Part shown: piece after piece, positions 48,991 to 61,198 of the stretch
Numbering within the stretch: the stretch's first letter is position 1
Layout of the letters: every line of letters starts with the position of its first letter
Assembly: GCA_964276515.1 (NCBI GenBank)
Contig: OZ193909.1
Coordinates: 14,446,001-14,510,000 of the forward strand
DNA: 64,000 nucleotides
Direction: 5' to 3'
Source: Gordius albopunctatus
Taxonomy: Eukaryota
Program-made: the position numbers and the translations under genes
The notes under the pieces: model-generated
The model's input: the letters and a program-made list of their open reading frames with translations, nothing else
Database searches by the model: none
What the model was told of the DNA's origin: nothing

Positions 48991-50635
48991 TGTCATATAT
49001 GACACATATTAATTCTTTGAAGACGAGCAACGAGAGGCGCGGCATATGTGGAGTCGTGAAAGACGAGCAACCAGAGGCGCAGGGTAATTACCAGGTGCGG
49101 GACGATAGCAAGCGAGAGACAAAAGGAAATCTAAGAAGAGTAACATGAAGGACGCAAAGGAGAATAACAACTGGCGCGGGACACACAAAGAGAGTATTAT
49201 CAGAGGCAATAATAACTGGTGGAGGGAATAACAACTGGTGCAAGACCCGAGAAGAAAAGATTAGTATCCGGAAAAAAGGGACATCGGTGAATATACATAA
49301 AAACGAATCAATAAATTTTCCTAAAAGATAAACCGTTTTTGGCATAATTTTGTACTTGGAATAAAATATTTATCGGACATACGAATTATTCTCGGACCTA
49401 ATATTGGACTTACGAGTTATTTGCGGACATAATATTGGCGCCCAACGTGAAAAAACCATTATTCGGGAAATCATAAACTGGGAAAAAAGTAAAGTGCGAT
49501 ACGAAGTCGGATACAGATAGGTAAGTTTATGATAAAAATTTTGGGGTATTTAATAATAATAATTTGTATATTCTTAAATTGGGCGGAAATTAAGAGGAAA
49601 TTGTGTAGGATTGTGTTAAGCATCATTATTAGATTTCTAATCAACAATGTATATTAAACGAGAAATGTATGGGAGTATTATGTATATGTAATTGTTTTTT
49701 GTGTAGGTTTTCTATTAAATGTTTGCATGTCATGTATTATGGCTGCTTTAAAAAAATGTGAGGCCTGTGAGGGGCGGAAGCTGAGTATTAGCAATAATGT
49801 AAAGTGTTACAAATGCGGAGAGTTAGGCCATGGAATGAGGTCATGTCCGAGAGATAACCAGGGCCTTATATGTTTTATCTGTCGAGGGGAGGGGCACAGG
49901 TCGAGAGAGTGCCCTAGGCGAGTGGTGAAATGACTAATAGGGTGTAGAACTGTGTTTTGGCATGCTTTTAATTGTATTTTGTATATAAAAATATTTAATT
50001 TTGTTCTTGTTATGATTGTAAAAAGGATATATCTTTATATTTCATATATGTTTTACATATTACGTTGGATAAGGCAAAAGTATTTAGACCTAATTAGCTT
50101 AGAATTAAAATTGTATCGTTGTGTAGGGAGAGGCAGCTATAAATTTTAGCGAAGGACGGTAATGGCGAGGTGTGTGTTTAAAATGGGGTTGGGATGGATG
50201 AGAAGGGAATGGGGAAAAAGATTAGTAAGAACATATAACTATGTAAAAGTTGGGGCATTTGCGAATAAACAACCGTGTATCAAGGTCAAGTTGAATGGGG
50301 AAACACATCTAATGTTGGTAGATACCGGGTCCGCAATTACGATTATAAATAAAGAGGCATGGGTTACTTTAGGCAAGCCGAAATTAGACATGAAGTGTAC
50401 GGTTAACGTCCGCTTGTTAACGGGGCAAGAATGGAAAGTCTTAGGTAAATGCATGGTAACAGTTAGGCACGATAAGAATATAAAAAGGGCAGAGGTGTAT
50501 GTCATGGACTGGAAAGCCATTAATATCGTGGGGTGGGAATGGATTGATGCATGTTCGAAGTAGTAGAGTAGATAAACAACAACACAAACAACAACACACA
50601 CTTAATTCCTAGTGTTGAAGAAAAGGGAGGGCGCC
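48991..50635 (+). mobile_element. Gypsy-like LTR element remnant: LTR, tRNA-Lys PBS, double zinc knuckle, aspartic protease
   Basis: TGTC...GACA LTR (48991-49429); PBS TGGCGCCCAACGTG (49436-49449); CYKCGELGHGMRSC and CFICRGEGHRSREC (49727-49933); LVDTGS protease (to 50563); purine tract GAAGAAAAGGGAGGG at about 50617. No RT or integrase. Confidence 0.85.
49436..49449 (+). promoter_or_regulatory. Primer-binding site complementary to the tRNA-Lys(CUU) 3' end (duplicate at 59477-59490)
   Basis: TGGCGCCCAACGTG equals the first 14 nt of the known Lys1,2 PBS. Confidence 0.85.
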
Positions 50636-51004
50636 CTCAAGTCTGGTGTAATTTGTCAATGTAAAAGATAGGGATAATCAATTTTGTATATAATTTAAAA
50701 AGTAAATGTGCTAGGATAAAGAAAAATTGTGAATACATTCCTCTCCCATATATCTACGAATTAAATCTATAAAACAATATTTTTACGAATTAATTTGCAA
50801 GTTATTGACGTTTGAAAAACGCTATAATCGCGTTTTTGGCGACTTTGACAGCGAATATTTAAAAAACTTGACGTATAGGGATAAAACTAAAAACATATTT
50901 GTCTTCACAGTAAAAAACTCTACCAGAATCTGCAAATAGTTTGCAGGTTAATTTCACAAGTCCATTATTTGTTGACCATTAGTGACTTTACTTAAATCTT
51001 TATT

Positions 51005-53345
51005 AGAACCAAAAATTCGTTCTAAAGGATGATGATGTGTGACTAATGTAAATTTCCTCCCAAAAATATATTCGTGAAATTTCTGTATGGCGAACATTAT
51101 AGCAGCGGCTTCGCGGTCAATTACAGAATAATTCCGTTCTGCTGGACTTAGAGTACGAGAGGCAAAAACTATCGGTGTTTCTTGACCACTAATGAATTTA
51201 TGTGCAATTACAGCTCCTAAACCTTTGTCTGATGCGTCGCATGAAATTATAATGGGTAAATTAATTTGATAAAGTTATTGTTTTATCCGTTGAAATTAAG
51301 TTTTTTTATTTCGTTAAAGGCTTGTGTTCCTATCATACCCCAATTCCATTTCACTTTTGTAGATGTTAATTTTTATAAAATGGAACTTTTGGATTGTAAT
51401 TGCGGAATATAACTTCCAAGGTAATTAACTAAGCCTAGGAATCATCTCAATTCTTTACGATTAATTGGTACTTTGAAATTTTTAATTGCCTCAACCTTGT
51501 CTTTATTAGGATGAATACCATTTTCATCTATAGTATGACCCAATTAATGATTTTTTGAACAATTGTAGTTTATAAAGTGCTGTCGTTAATCCTGCATTTT
51601 TGATTAATTTTAATGTTTCTATTAGATTTTTATCATGTTCCTTGTTGTTTTTCCCGCTTATTATGACATCTTCCATAAAAACGCTTACGCCTTTTAAACC
51701 TTTGAACAAGTTTTTCATATAACGATGAAATATTTTAGGCGCCGTAGTTAACCCAAAAGGTAACCGGAAATATTAAAAATACCCAATATGAGTAGATATG
51801 TTAAACAATTTAGAACTCTCCTCAGAAATTGCTAATTGTAGGAAAGCATCTTTTAAATCAATGATAGAGAATAATTTACCGCCTGCTCTTTCACTTGCAA
51901 CATCTTTGAACGTTGGTAGAAGATCGTTGTCTTATGATAGGAATTTGTTTAAAGTCAATCAGAAATCCCCACATATTCTGACGTCACCAGATTTCTTCCT
52001 AATGTTTACAGCAGGCGGCGGTCGGGTCGATCTTTCTAATAACCACTTCACCTTTTAAACGTTTCAACTCTGTTTTGACAGCATGACGTAGCGGAAATGG
52101 TACGCGTCTTGCGGTAAAACTTATCGGACTTCTGTTTTTCTACCTCAATAACAACTTTAAGATCTTTTACTTTACCCAATTTTTGACTAAAAACAGTTGG
52201 AAATTGTTTGAAAATATCTTCTTCAGTTAAAAAATTTTTCTCATCGGAAATAACGTTCAATTTAATGATTGATGGAAGTGATATAAAATTTTATGATGTG
52301 AGGTATAGCAAAAATCAAATTTCCTTCTCCAAAGTTTATATTTTTGTTTTGCCATAACCGTAAATATTTGAACTTGGCGATAATGGTGGCTTCCCGTTGC
52401 TAAGCCACTTCGGTTCATCAATGACTGTGCAGGCTGCACCAGTGTCGAATTGAAAAGTGAACGGTCACTGATTGATTAAAACGTCGATCTCATCTTTCGT
52501 TACCGCCTCATCGTATTTCAGGTCAGATATAGTTCTTGACGGCGGATTTGACCAGAAATCGCGAGCCACGTGGTTTGGTCTATCGCACCTATAACATACT
52601 ATTTTCTTGTTGTTCCTAAAGATTCTAAGATTAGGATCATTTCTTGGAAAAGTATTATAGTTATTAGTCAAATTCCTAGTTGGATATTTCCCGATGTAAT
52701 TTATTTATGTCCAAATCGTTAGACTTTTCGCCTTCAATTGATAAAAGAGCAAGAGCCAAAGTTTTCCTCTTCGTCCAATGTCATTTTGCCCATGGGACAT
52801 TTAGTCCTTAATTCAACCTATCTAGGTAATTTTACTCCTAGGATATAAATATCTCTTTAAATTTTATCAGTGGGTAATTTATATTGGCAGCGATTGATAA
52901 TATTTTTTAGCTTAATTGAATAATCAATTATATTTTCATTAGTTCTCTCTGATCGAAATAACATTATCCTTGTAATAATTAATCGAATCTTTATCAGAAT
53001 ATATCCGTATTAAAGATTCCTTAACCTCCTCGTAAGTTACACTATCAACATCCTTCGGATAAATATGACTTTTTATTTTACTTAGAAATAAAACAATTTT
53101 CCTCAAATCTCCGTTAATATTTCTAATACGAAAGTTTAATTCCAAATATTATTATAAATAATCATCAATATTTTTAGTTGAATCATATGGTGTAATATCT
53201 CTAGCCCTATCAAGAGAATTTCCGCAATTTGATTCAAATTTCGAATCCATATCGGGCTTCTTCTTGGTCATTCTGAGTAATAAAGGCTAGCAACACTCAT
53301 TATGGAATATTTTTGGGTTTAGAAGTTTTTCCTCGTCGTCAATAT
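51005..53345 (-). mobile_element. Decayed Gypsy LTR retrotransposon internal region (gag, protease, RT, RNase H)
   Basis: PBS-like TGACGACGAGGA (53330-53341, resembles a tRNA-Ser PBS); knuckle CYRCDRPNH; protease FDTGA; RT ICGDF, RLPFGLTTAP, FMEDVII; RNase H CDASDKGLGAV..FASRTL..ERNYS. Many stops and frameshifts; integrase absent. Confidence 0.88.
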
Positions 53346-53959
53346 AATGAAGTGGCAAGGGTAGAACATAAAAACTTAGATTCCACTAAACTAAAACAAA
53401 CGACTTCGTATTTCAATAACCACGGTAAATTCATATATTCAAAATAGGTAATTTGCATAAGGTATATTTTCAACGAAGCGTATATTCAAATAACTAAATA
53501 ACTGTCACTACAACTGCGGACTTATGCTTCTGTAAAAAACTTTTATTTTGATTTTGCAAATAGACTAGCTTATGACCGCTGGTTGGCTTTATTTTTTTTA
53601 ATCTCGCCCGATGCCCAATATCCATTATTGATGTTGGGCCCGACTGATTAGCTTTATACATAAATTTCTTTGGGCAACTTTTCTAGGTTGTTGCTATATA
53701 TCGGATAATTGCGAAACTGGCTAAATGATTCCCACAAAATTATGATGTCCGTTGCTTACTTTTATTTTATCTGACCCCGACCAATTGATATTTATAATTG
53801 CTGTTTTGTGAATTTATTTTGACAATATTCATAAGTTGTTGCTTTATAACGGATGCTTGCAAAACTGGGTAAAAAATTTCCTGCTAATTAATGATGTTTT
53901 AATTGTATATTTGTTGTTTAGTGAATTTTTTTTATTTTTTTTTATTAACCTAAATTTTG

Positions 53960-54470
53960 CATTGATAATATAGCGTTCTTGTTAATAAGATTTAACATAT
54001 AGGCTTTTTGGCCGTCTGCTGGCTACTGACCAAAGGAAAAAATGACCACTGGCCAAAGTGTGATTGAAAATTCTTTTCTTTTTTTTAAATATTTGGCCAT
54101 TATGTATTTATACACTTTTTGACCGTCTGCTGACTGCTGAACATTAGAAAAAATGACCACTGGCCTAAGTGCAGATCGAATTTTTTCTATATTATAAGTA
54201 TAGGCTATTTGGCCGTCCTGACCAATTGAAAAAATGAACACTGGCCAAAGTGTGATAAGAAATTTTTTTGTTTTTCTAATATTTGGCCCTTATGTATTTA
54301 GACGCTTTTTGATCTGCAGGCTGCTGACCATTACAAAAAATGACCACTGGCCAAAGTGTATATCAAATTTGTTTCTATATATTATATTAGCATGCTATTT
54401 GGCCGTCGGATCAATGGAAAAAATGACCATTGGCTATGATCTGAGTAGAACTTTTTTTCGTTTTTTAATT
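53960..54470. repeat. Tandem array of the ATGACCA(T/C)TGGCC repeat family
   Basis: Five roughly 95-115 bp units GACCAA..GAAAAAATGACCACTGGCCAAAGTGT. Confidence 0.8.
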
Positions 54471-55680
54471 CATTTTCTAATAGTATTGGGTTTGCATATC
54501 AATTGAATAGGAATTATCCCAATATCAAAGATTATTTCTACTATTTAATAATTTGTTATATAATTTTTCCCCCACGTCTTACCGCACCTCACACCTCTTA
54601 CAAGGGTCTTTATATATATAGTTTTACAAATGTGTTTGCCCCGCCCCTTTTTGCTTATAAAACCGCTATCCACTAACCTAACCCTAAATATAGTGCAAAT
54701 TTTTTACCTTCATTTCACTGTCGCAACTAAAATTCGCACCATAATCCATTCTTTTACTCGGTAGATTAGATAAAATGTTACCATTTAATTGTTGCTATGT
54801 TGTTTTTACCATACATAGCGAATGATTTAAATAGAGTCTATAGTCATAATACAAATTATGGGTCGCTTACACCAAAATTGTTTAAATTTATAAAGTATCA
54901 AAAAAATTATTATTTAAACTGTATTATAGGTTAAAGGAATCCGCTTTAACTCTCAATTTAAAGTTGTACGTTTTGGAAGAATGATTTTTGGCTTTTCCAA
55001 GGAATTCTTTCTATTTGCTTTCCCTTCGCCATAAATAATATTTTTTATTGGTTTAGAATTTGATAAATAACAATGAGTGAAAGAAAATCTATGCCTCAAA
55101 ATAAAGTATAAAGTAAATATTTTTTATTAATTAGGATATGGTATATAAAAAAATTACATACACGACTAAAAACTATTAAAAACGCGCTATAACTAAACGG
55201 ATGGCATTGATCCGTGTATGGAAATCGTGTTGGATTTAACGATTTCCATTGTGATCTTTTGCCTGATAAAAAAGTATTCGTTGGGATCGTGTGTAATGGA
55301 GGTTATATATTCTGAAATTTGTTATAGGAATTGGCTACCCTAGGGACCTAAGTTACCGAGGTTCGTGGCTACTACTGGTACGAAAATGATATAGCTTAGG
55401 TATTTGTATTTATCTTCTTTCTTTCTTGTCTATATTTAATTATACAAAAATTTGCAATACCTGAAAATTTTACAAATTTAATATTATAACCAAAATATAA
55501 CGCCTAAAAATATCAAATTGACCTGTGATTGATTGGCAGCTCATATTTAACACGGCTGGCATCTGTCATACTACAGTTGCTAGAGTAATAGCATGTCCAT
55601 GTAATACCGACCAAAATTTTTTCACATTTTACTTTTAAAAATATTTTATTTATTTATACAGTAACTTTATTATAAAAAAC

Positions 55681-56766
55681 TAGTTCTGTAAACATTTGTA
55701 AAAAAATCGAACGCGTTCGCGTTCAACGTTAATTGACAAAAATCGAACGCGTTCACGTTCGTCTAAAAAGAAAAGGAACGCGTTCACGTTCGTTCAAAAT
55801 TTTATGATACTTTTTTTTAAAGTTTAATTTAATATAAATAAATGTCTTATATTTTTTAATAGAATAAATAGCCATGATAAAAAATAATAGTTTTATTTCG
55901 ACAATATTATTATAAATCAATATAATCTATTTTCTTATTTATTTTTAATAATAATTGTTTTTCAAAATTGTCTTCTGATAAGCAGGAACCCTTGGCAGTT
56001 AATACAGCATTAGCTATACTAAAAACCTGCTCCACAGGGACAGATGAGGGGATTGTAGTATTATACTTAATAAACAAATTTTTTAAAGGAGGAAATTTAT
56101 TAAAAACTTTTAATGCTTTGTCCCTCGCTTCAAAAAATTGCGACAAGATATCATCCTCCAATGCGCCCTCTACTTCCTCGCCAAAAAATAATATCTCGGA
56201 ATTGACAGCTCTTTCATTATTAATTCTAGGGGTTTCAATCCCTTTTTTCAATAACACTAAAAGTTTATTCTTTATAGGTTCATTTTAATTATTGAATTTG
56301 ATCTTTTATATGAAACGAGTGAAAAATATTTTTCTAATTTTGGCCATGGCAATTTCAATTCATCTGCTGATTTTGAATATTCAGAATCTGAAGATGACGA
56401 CGATATAATATTATGATTTTCCATATTAACCTATAAATTATACTATAATTAATAATATAAAACTAATTAACTTTAATCTTATCTTCTTTTGCACGTTATA
56501 GTATGTTAAAAGTATTTCGGAATTGGTAATAGGAAACAGGAAAAACAGCTGATTAAAAAATATAATACTTTTTTGTTAAAAATTCGGATTGACATTAATT
56601 TTCAAATAAATAAAAACAAAAAAGAGTTTTTAAAATTGAACGAACGTTAAATTCGAACGCGTTCATCAAAAAAGGAACGCGTTCACGTTCAAAGTTCATC
56701 AAAAAATAAAAGAACGCCGTTCATGAACGCGTTCATAAAATTTGAACGCGTTCACTTACAGCACTA
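55681..56766 (-). mobile_element. Internally deleted hAT element
   Basis: TIR TAGT(T/G)CTGTAA; perfect 8-bp TSD TAAAAAAC (55673-55680, 56767-56774); GAACGCGTTC palindromic subterminal repeats; dimerisation-domain fragment KYNTTIPSSVPVEQVFS (55910-56257). Confidence 0.92.
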
Positions 56767-56925
56767 TAAAAAACTATAAACTTAATGAAAATTAAAGGTA
56801 TAACATAATTTATGATTAGTAAAAAATTTGTACATATTTATTATATAACAATATAACGGCAGAGCAATTGAATATTATTAACTAAGAAAATTAATTATAT
56901 AAAAAAAGACTTTTTAATCTTAGTA

Positions 56926-57905
56926 AATTTATGCTCAATAACGCGATTGCTTTAATAAAAGTCAATTTTTTGTCAATATTAAATTAAATCCTGTTTCCAT
57001 GCTTAAAGGTTTTTATAGTGATCAATATTATGTTGCCTGAACATTTTTTAACAAGGGACTTAGTGATTGCAAGAGTAGTTAAAGTTCCCAAAATCTTTTG
57101 TTCGTTAAATAATTGTATGATGAATTATAACTATTTATTAATGATAAAACAACTAAGACATAATTTTACATAAGTACAATGATGGGGTTTTATTACATTT
57201 TGATCAAAAATAATTAATAAAATAAATGAAGAAAGAGATATGTTAAAAAATCGTATATCGTAAATATCCTAAATTGAAATTATTCGTTATTACAATAACT
57301 AACAAAACTTTGTGTGTCATTAAATGAAGGCTTTCTTAAAGAAAGACTGTTAAAAGCTGCCAAACTTAAAGAACTTCTGGCTTCGTATTCTGGATGGTCA
57401 TAATTAGGCTTAAAATAAAATTTGATTTCACTTTCATCTTTAGACGCATTAGATCGACTTTTCCACAATTCTAATATTAATGCGGAAGACACATTTGGTG
57501 TATCATCCAGCGTTATATTATAAAAATTTAGTAGATGAATAATTTGATAATCGTGAGCAACGTAAATAACTAAATTTTTAGTCCTTCGGTTAAAACTGTT
57601 AATAAATTTTAATTTAATATCTTCAACTAAATGATATAATAAGTCATCAAGCATGCGACTCTTGTTTGAGATGTAATTGTAGAAAGACAACATTAAGTGA
57701 GCCAAATTCGTGTAAATAGTTTTATTGGCCCACGCAGGCAAACCCATTCCATTTTCGTTCAAGGTTTTTAGCACTTCAAATATCCTGGCAGGCAATCGAT
57801 CGTCTATGATACCTTCGCTCGTATAATTTTTTAGCGAAAGTAAGAAAGCCGTTTGGTTTATCAACAAATTATTGTATTCACTATTATTCGATCGAGAAAT
57901 ATGTT
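56926..57905. repeat. Older duplicate of about 35989-36942 (phosphatase 3' half and downstream flank)
   Basis: Collinear with copy 1 but more diverged, especially in the flank at 56926-57090. Confidence 0.9.
57280..57905 (-). pseudogene. 5'-truncated histidine acid phosphatase copy 2, lacking the RHG motif
   Basis: Matches the C-terminal half of copy 1 up to GAGAAATATGTT (57905), then switches abruptly to RTE sequence. Confidence 0.88.
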
Positions 57906-60012
57906 ACCTGATCAACCTCTTCTTGTGTCACTTCTAACTCTGGGTCATATTCATAGTTCATGCTATCGCACTTGTCCGAAAACCCATTTTCACTGTTTAA
58001 TAATTCTTTATAGTATTTTTCCCAACCATCTATGATTTGATGGTCCAGAGATAGAGTGATGCTATCTTTGCTCTTTATGGTTTTCACGTTTACCACATCC
58101 TTTGAATTCCTTTCCCTGGTCTTTGCGATTTTGTAGATCATTCTTTCTCCTTCTTTACTGGTTAACTTGGCATTTAAATTCTCGTAGACCTCTATTTTAG
58201 CCTTAGCTACACAACGCTTTGCCTCATTTATAGCTTTCACATATGCCAAGCCAATCGTGTTTCCTCATTTCTGTCGCATGACCATAATTTGTAAAGGTTT
58301 CTTTTCCACTTGACCAGGCGTTGCACGTCTTCGTTCCACCACCATGTCTCCTTATCTTTTTGTATACCTGGTTTACCTTCTCGTAAAACATATCTCGCTA
58401 CTCATCTTACCGTGTTAGCTATTTTATTCCACTTATCGCTAGCATTCTGCTGATCATCTATTTGCAGCCGTTCAACTATTTGATCATTGTAAATATCTTT
58501 CAATTTTGGTAGCTAGAACCATTTGATTTTCCCATTTAATCTCTTCGGCTATTGTGTTTTCACCTTGGAGATGGTATAGTCCATCACAAAAAATCTATGC
58601 TGGACTGCAATAGCCTCACCTGGTATCACCTTATAATCTCCTACATTCTTTCATTCCTTTCTTGATATTAGGAGAAAGTCAATCTGCGAAGATCGATTTC
58701 CACTTTTGTACGTTATTAGGTGATTTATATTGTTTTTGAAGAAGTTATTTGTGATGGCCAAATCAAATGCAACTGCTATTTTCAATATTTCGTCACCTTC
58801 ATCGTTTCTCGCTCCGAAGCCATTTCCACCATGGTACCGTTCAAATCCTTCTCTTGTTTTGCCTACGTGACCATTCATATCTGCTCCAATTATAACTATC
58901 TCGGCTCTGGGTATCATTCGCAGCATTTTGTCTAATTCTCCCCGAAATTCCTCATTTTTTTTATCTGTGCATTCTGTTTGCAGAGTGTCATATATGACAC
59001 ATATTAATTCTTTGAAGACGAGCAACGAGAGGCGCGGCATATGTGGAGTCGTGAAAGACGAGCAACCAGAGGCGCAGGGTAATTACCAGGTGCGGGACGA
59101 TAGCAAGCGAGAGACAAAAGGAAATCTAAGAAGAGTAACATGAAGGACGAAAAGGAGAATAAAAACTGGCGCGGGACACACAAAGAGAGTATTATCAGAG
59201 GCAATAATAACTGGTGGAGGGAATAACAACTGGTGCAAGACCCGAGAAGAAAAGATTAGTATCCGGAAAAAAGGGACATCGGCGAATATACATAAAAACG
59301 AATCAATAAATTTTCCTAAAAGATAAACCGTTTTTGGCATAATTTTGTACTTGGAATAAAATATTTATCGGACATACGAATTATTCTCGGACCTAATATT
59401 GGACGTACGATTTATTCGTGGACATAATATTCTCGGACCTAATATTGGACTTACGAGTTATTTGCGGACATAATATTGGCGCCCAACGTGAAAAAACCAT
59501 TATTCGGGAAATCATAAACTGGGAAAAAAGTAAAGTGCGATACGAAGTCGGATACAGATAGGTAAGTTTATGATAAAAATTTTGGGGTATTTAATAATAA
59601 TAATTTGTATATTCTTAAATTGGGCGGAAATTAAGAGGAAATTGTGTAGGATTGTGTTAAGCATCATTATTAGATTTCTAATCAACAATGTATATTAAAC
59701 GAGAAATGTATGGGAGTATTATGTATATGTAATTGTTTTTTGTGTAGGTTTTCTATTAAATGTTTGCATGTCATGTATTATGGCTGCTTTAAAAAAATGT
59801 GAGGCCTGTGAGGGGCGGAAGCTGAGTATTAGCAATAATGTAAAGTGTTACAAATGCGGAGAGTTAGGCCATGGAATGAGGTCATGTCCGAGAGATAACC
59901 AGGGCCTTATATGTTTTATCTGTCGAGGGGAGGGGCACAGGTCGAGAGAGTGCCCTAGGCGAGTGGTGAAATGACTAATAGGGTGTAGAACTGTGTTTTG
60001 GCATGCTTTTAA
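57906..60012. repeat. Segmental duplicate of 47911-49971 (RTE fragment, LTR, PBS, zinc knuckles)
   Basis: Near-identical sequence, with one extra ~46-bp unit in the LTR and scattered substitutions. Confidence 0.95.
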
Positions 60013-60061
60013 GAAAGAGATATGTTAAAAAATCGTATATCGTAAATATCCTAAATTGAAA

Positions 60062-61198
60062 TTATTCGTTATTACAATAACTAACAAAACTTTGTGTGTC
60101 ATTAAATGAAGGCTTTCTTAAAGAAAGACTGTTAAAAGCTGCCAAACTTAAAGAACTTCTCGCTTCGTATTCTGGATGGTCATAATTAGGCTTAAAATAA
60201 AATTTGATTTCACTTTCATCTTTGGACGCATTAGATCGACTTTTCCACAATTCTAATATTAATGCGGAAGACACATTTGGTGTATCATCCAGCGTTATAT
60301 TATAAAAATTTAGTAGATGAATAATTTGATAATCGTGAGCAACGTAAATAACTAAATTTTTAGTCCTTCGGTTAAAACTGTTATTAAATTTTAATTTAAT
60401 ATCTTCAACTAAATTATATAATAAGTCATCAAGCATGCGACTCTTGTTTGAGATGTAATTGTAGTAAGACAACATTAAGTGAGCCAAATTCGTGTAAATA
60501 GTTTTATTGGCCCACGCAGGCAAACCCATTCCATTTTCGTTCAAGGTTTTTAGCACTTCAAATATCCTGGCAGGCAATCGATCGTCTATGATACCTTCTC
60601 TCGTATAATTTTTTAGCGAAAGTAAGAAAGCCGTTTGGTTTATCAATAAATTATTGTATTCACTATTATTCGATCGAGAAATATGTTGCATACCTTGACT
60701 CAGCTTTTTACAATTTTTAAGGCTGCCCATTAAAAAGCAGGACTCTAACAAAGTTGTCATATTATTAGGAATTTTGACTGACCACTCATAAGGTAGAGTT
60801 TTGTTTATAGCCAAAATATCCATATTCTCCTGAGTTAAAGAATATTTAGGATCATTGTTGCTGATTCCTATTAAGATGGCCAACATGCTCGTAATAGTTC
60901 TATCTGAGTTTGTGGATAACGAATGAGTATTGAAATTAGATGGTGCCGGAGCCAAGTCAAGGTCATGGTTTCCAAAATATTTAGACCTTATAATAGTACC
61001 TAGCTGATAGCTTTGATTAATTCCGACATTTGTGATTCCTCCATATCCATAGGGCCACCTTTGTTCCGATTTATTATACGATGCATATGCATACTTCGGA
61101 AAGATAGCTCTAGCCCCGTGCCTCGTCACGCATATAACTGCGAGAAGTTCGGCTAAAATAAATATAGTGAAAATAATATTTAGGATTGGACAGTATGC
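60062..61198 (-). CDS. Histidine acid phosphatase, copy 3 (near-identical duplicate of 36317-37453)
   Basis: Same ORF with five amino-acid differences (H>D, L>S, H>N, N>D, S>R); RHG and HD motifs intact. Confidence 0.9.
   Translation of the reverse strand, partial: AYCPILNIIFTIFILAELLAVICVTRHGARAIFPKYAYASYNKSEQRWPYGYGGITNVGINQSYQLGTIIRSKYFGNHDLDLAPAPSNFNTHSLSTNSDRTITSMLAILIGISNNDPKYSLTQENMDILAINKTLPYEWSVKIPNNMTTLLESCFLMGSLKNCKKLSQGMQHISRSNNSEYNNLLINQTAFLLSLKNYTREGIIDDRLPARIFEVLKTLNENGMGLPAWANKTIYTNLAHLMLSYYNYISNKSRMLDDLLYNLVEDIKLKFNNSFNRRTKNLVIYVAHDYQIIHLLNFYNITLDDTPNVSSALILELWKSRSNASKDESEIKFYFKPNYDHPEYEARSSLSLAAFNSLSLRKPSFNDTQSFVSYCNNE

Noticed and set aside
53960..54470. CRISPR-like repeat-spacer array (also 290-705 and 9690-10230)
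   Set aside because: Repeats are degenerate, the spacers resemble each other, there are no cas genes and the context is eukaryotic.
57280..58249. RTE-phosphatase fusion protein
   Set aside because: The RTE frame stops at 57884, out of frame with the phosphatase, and the catalytic RHG motif is missing.
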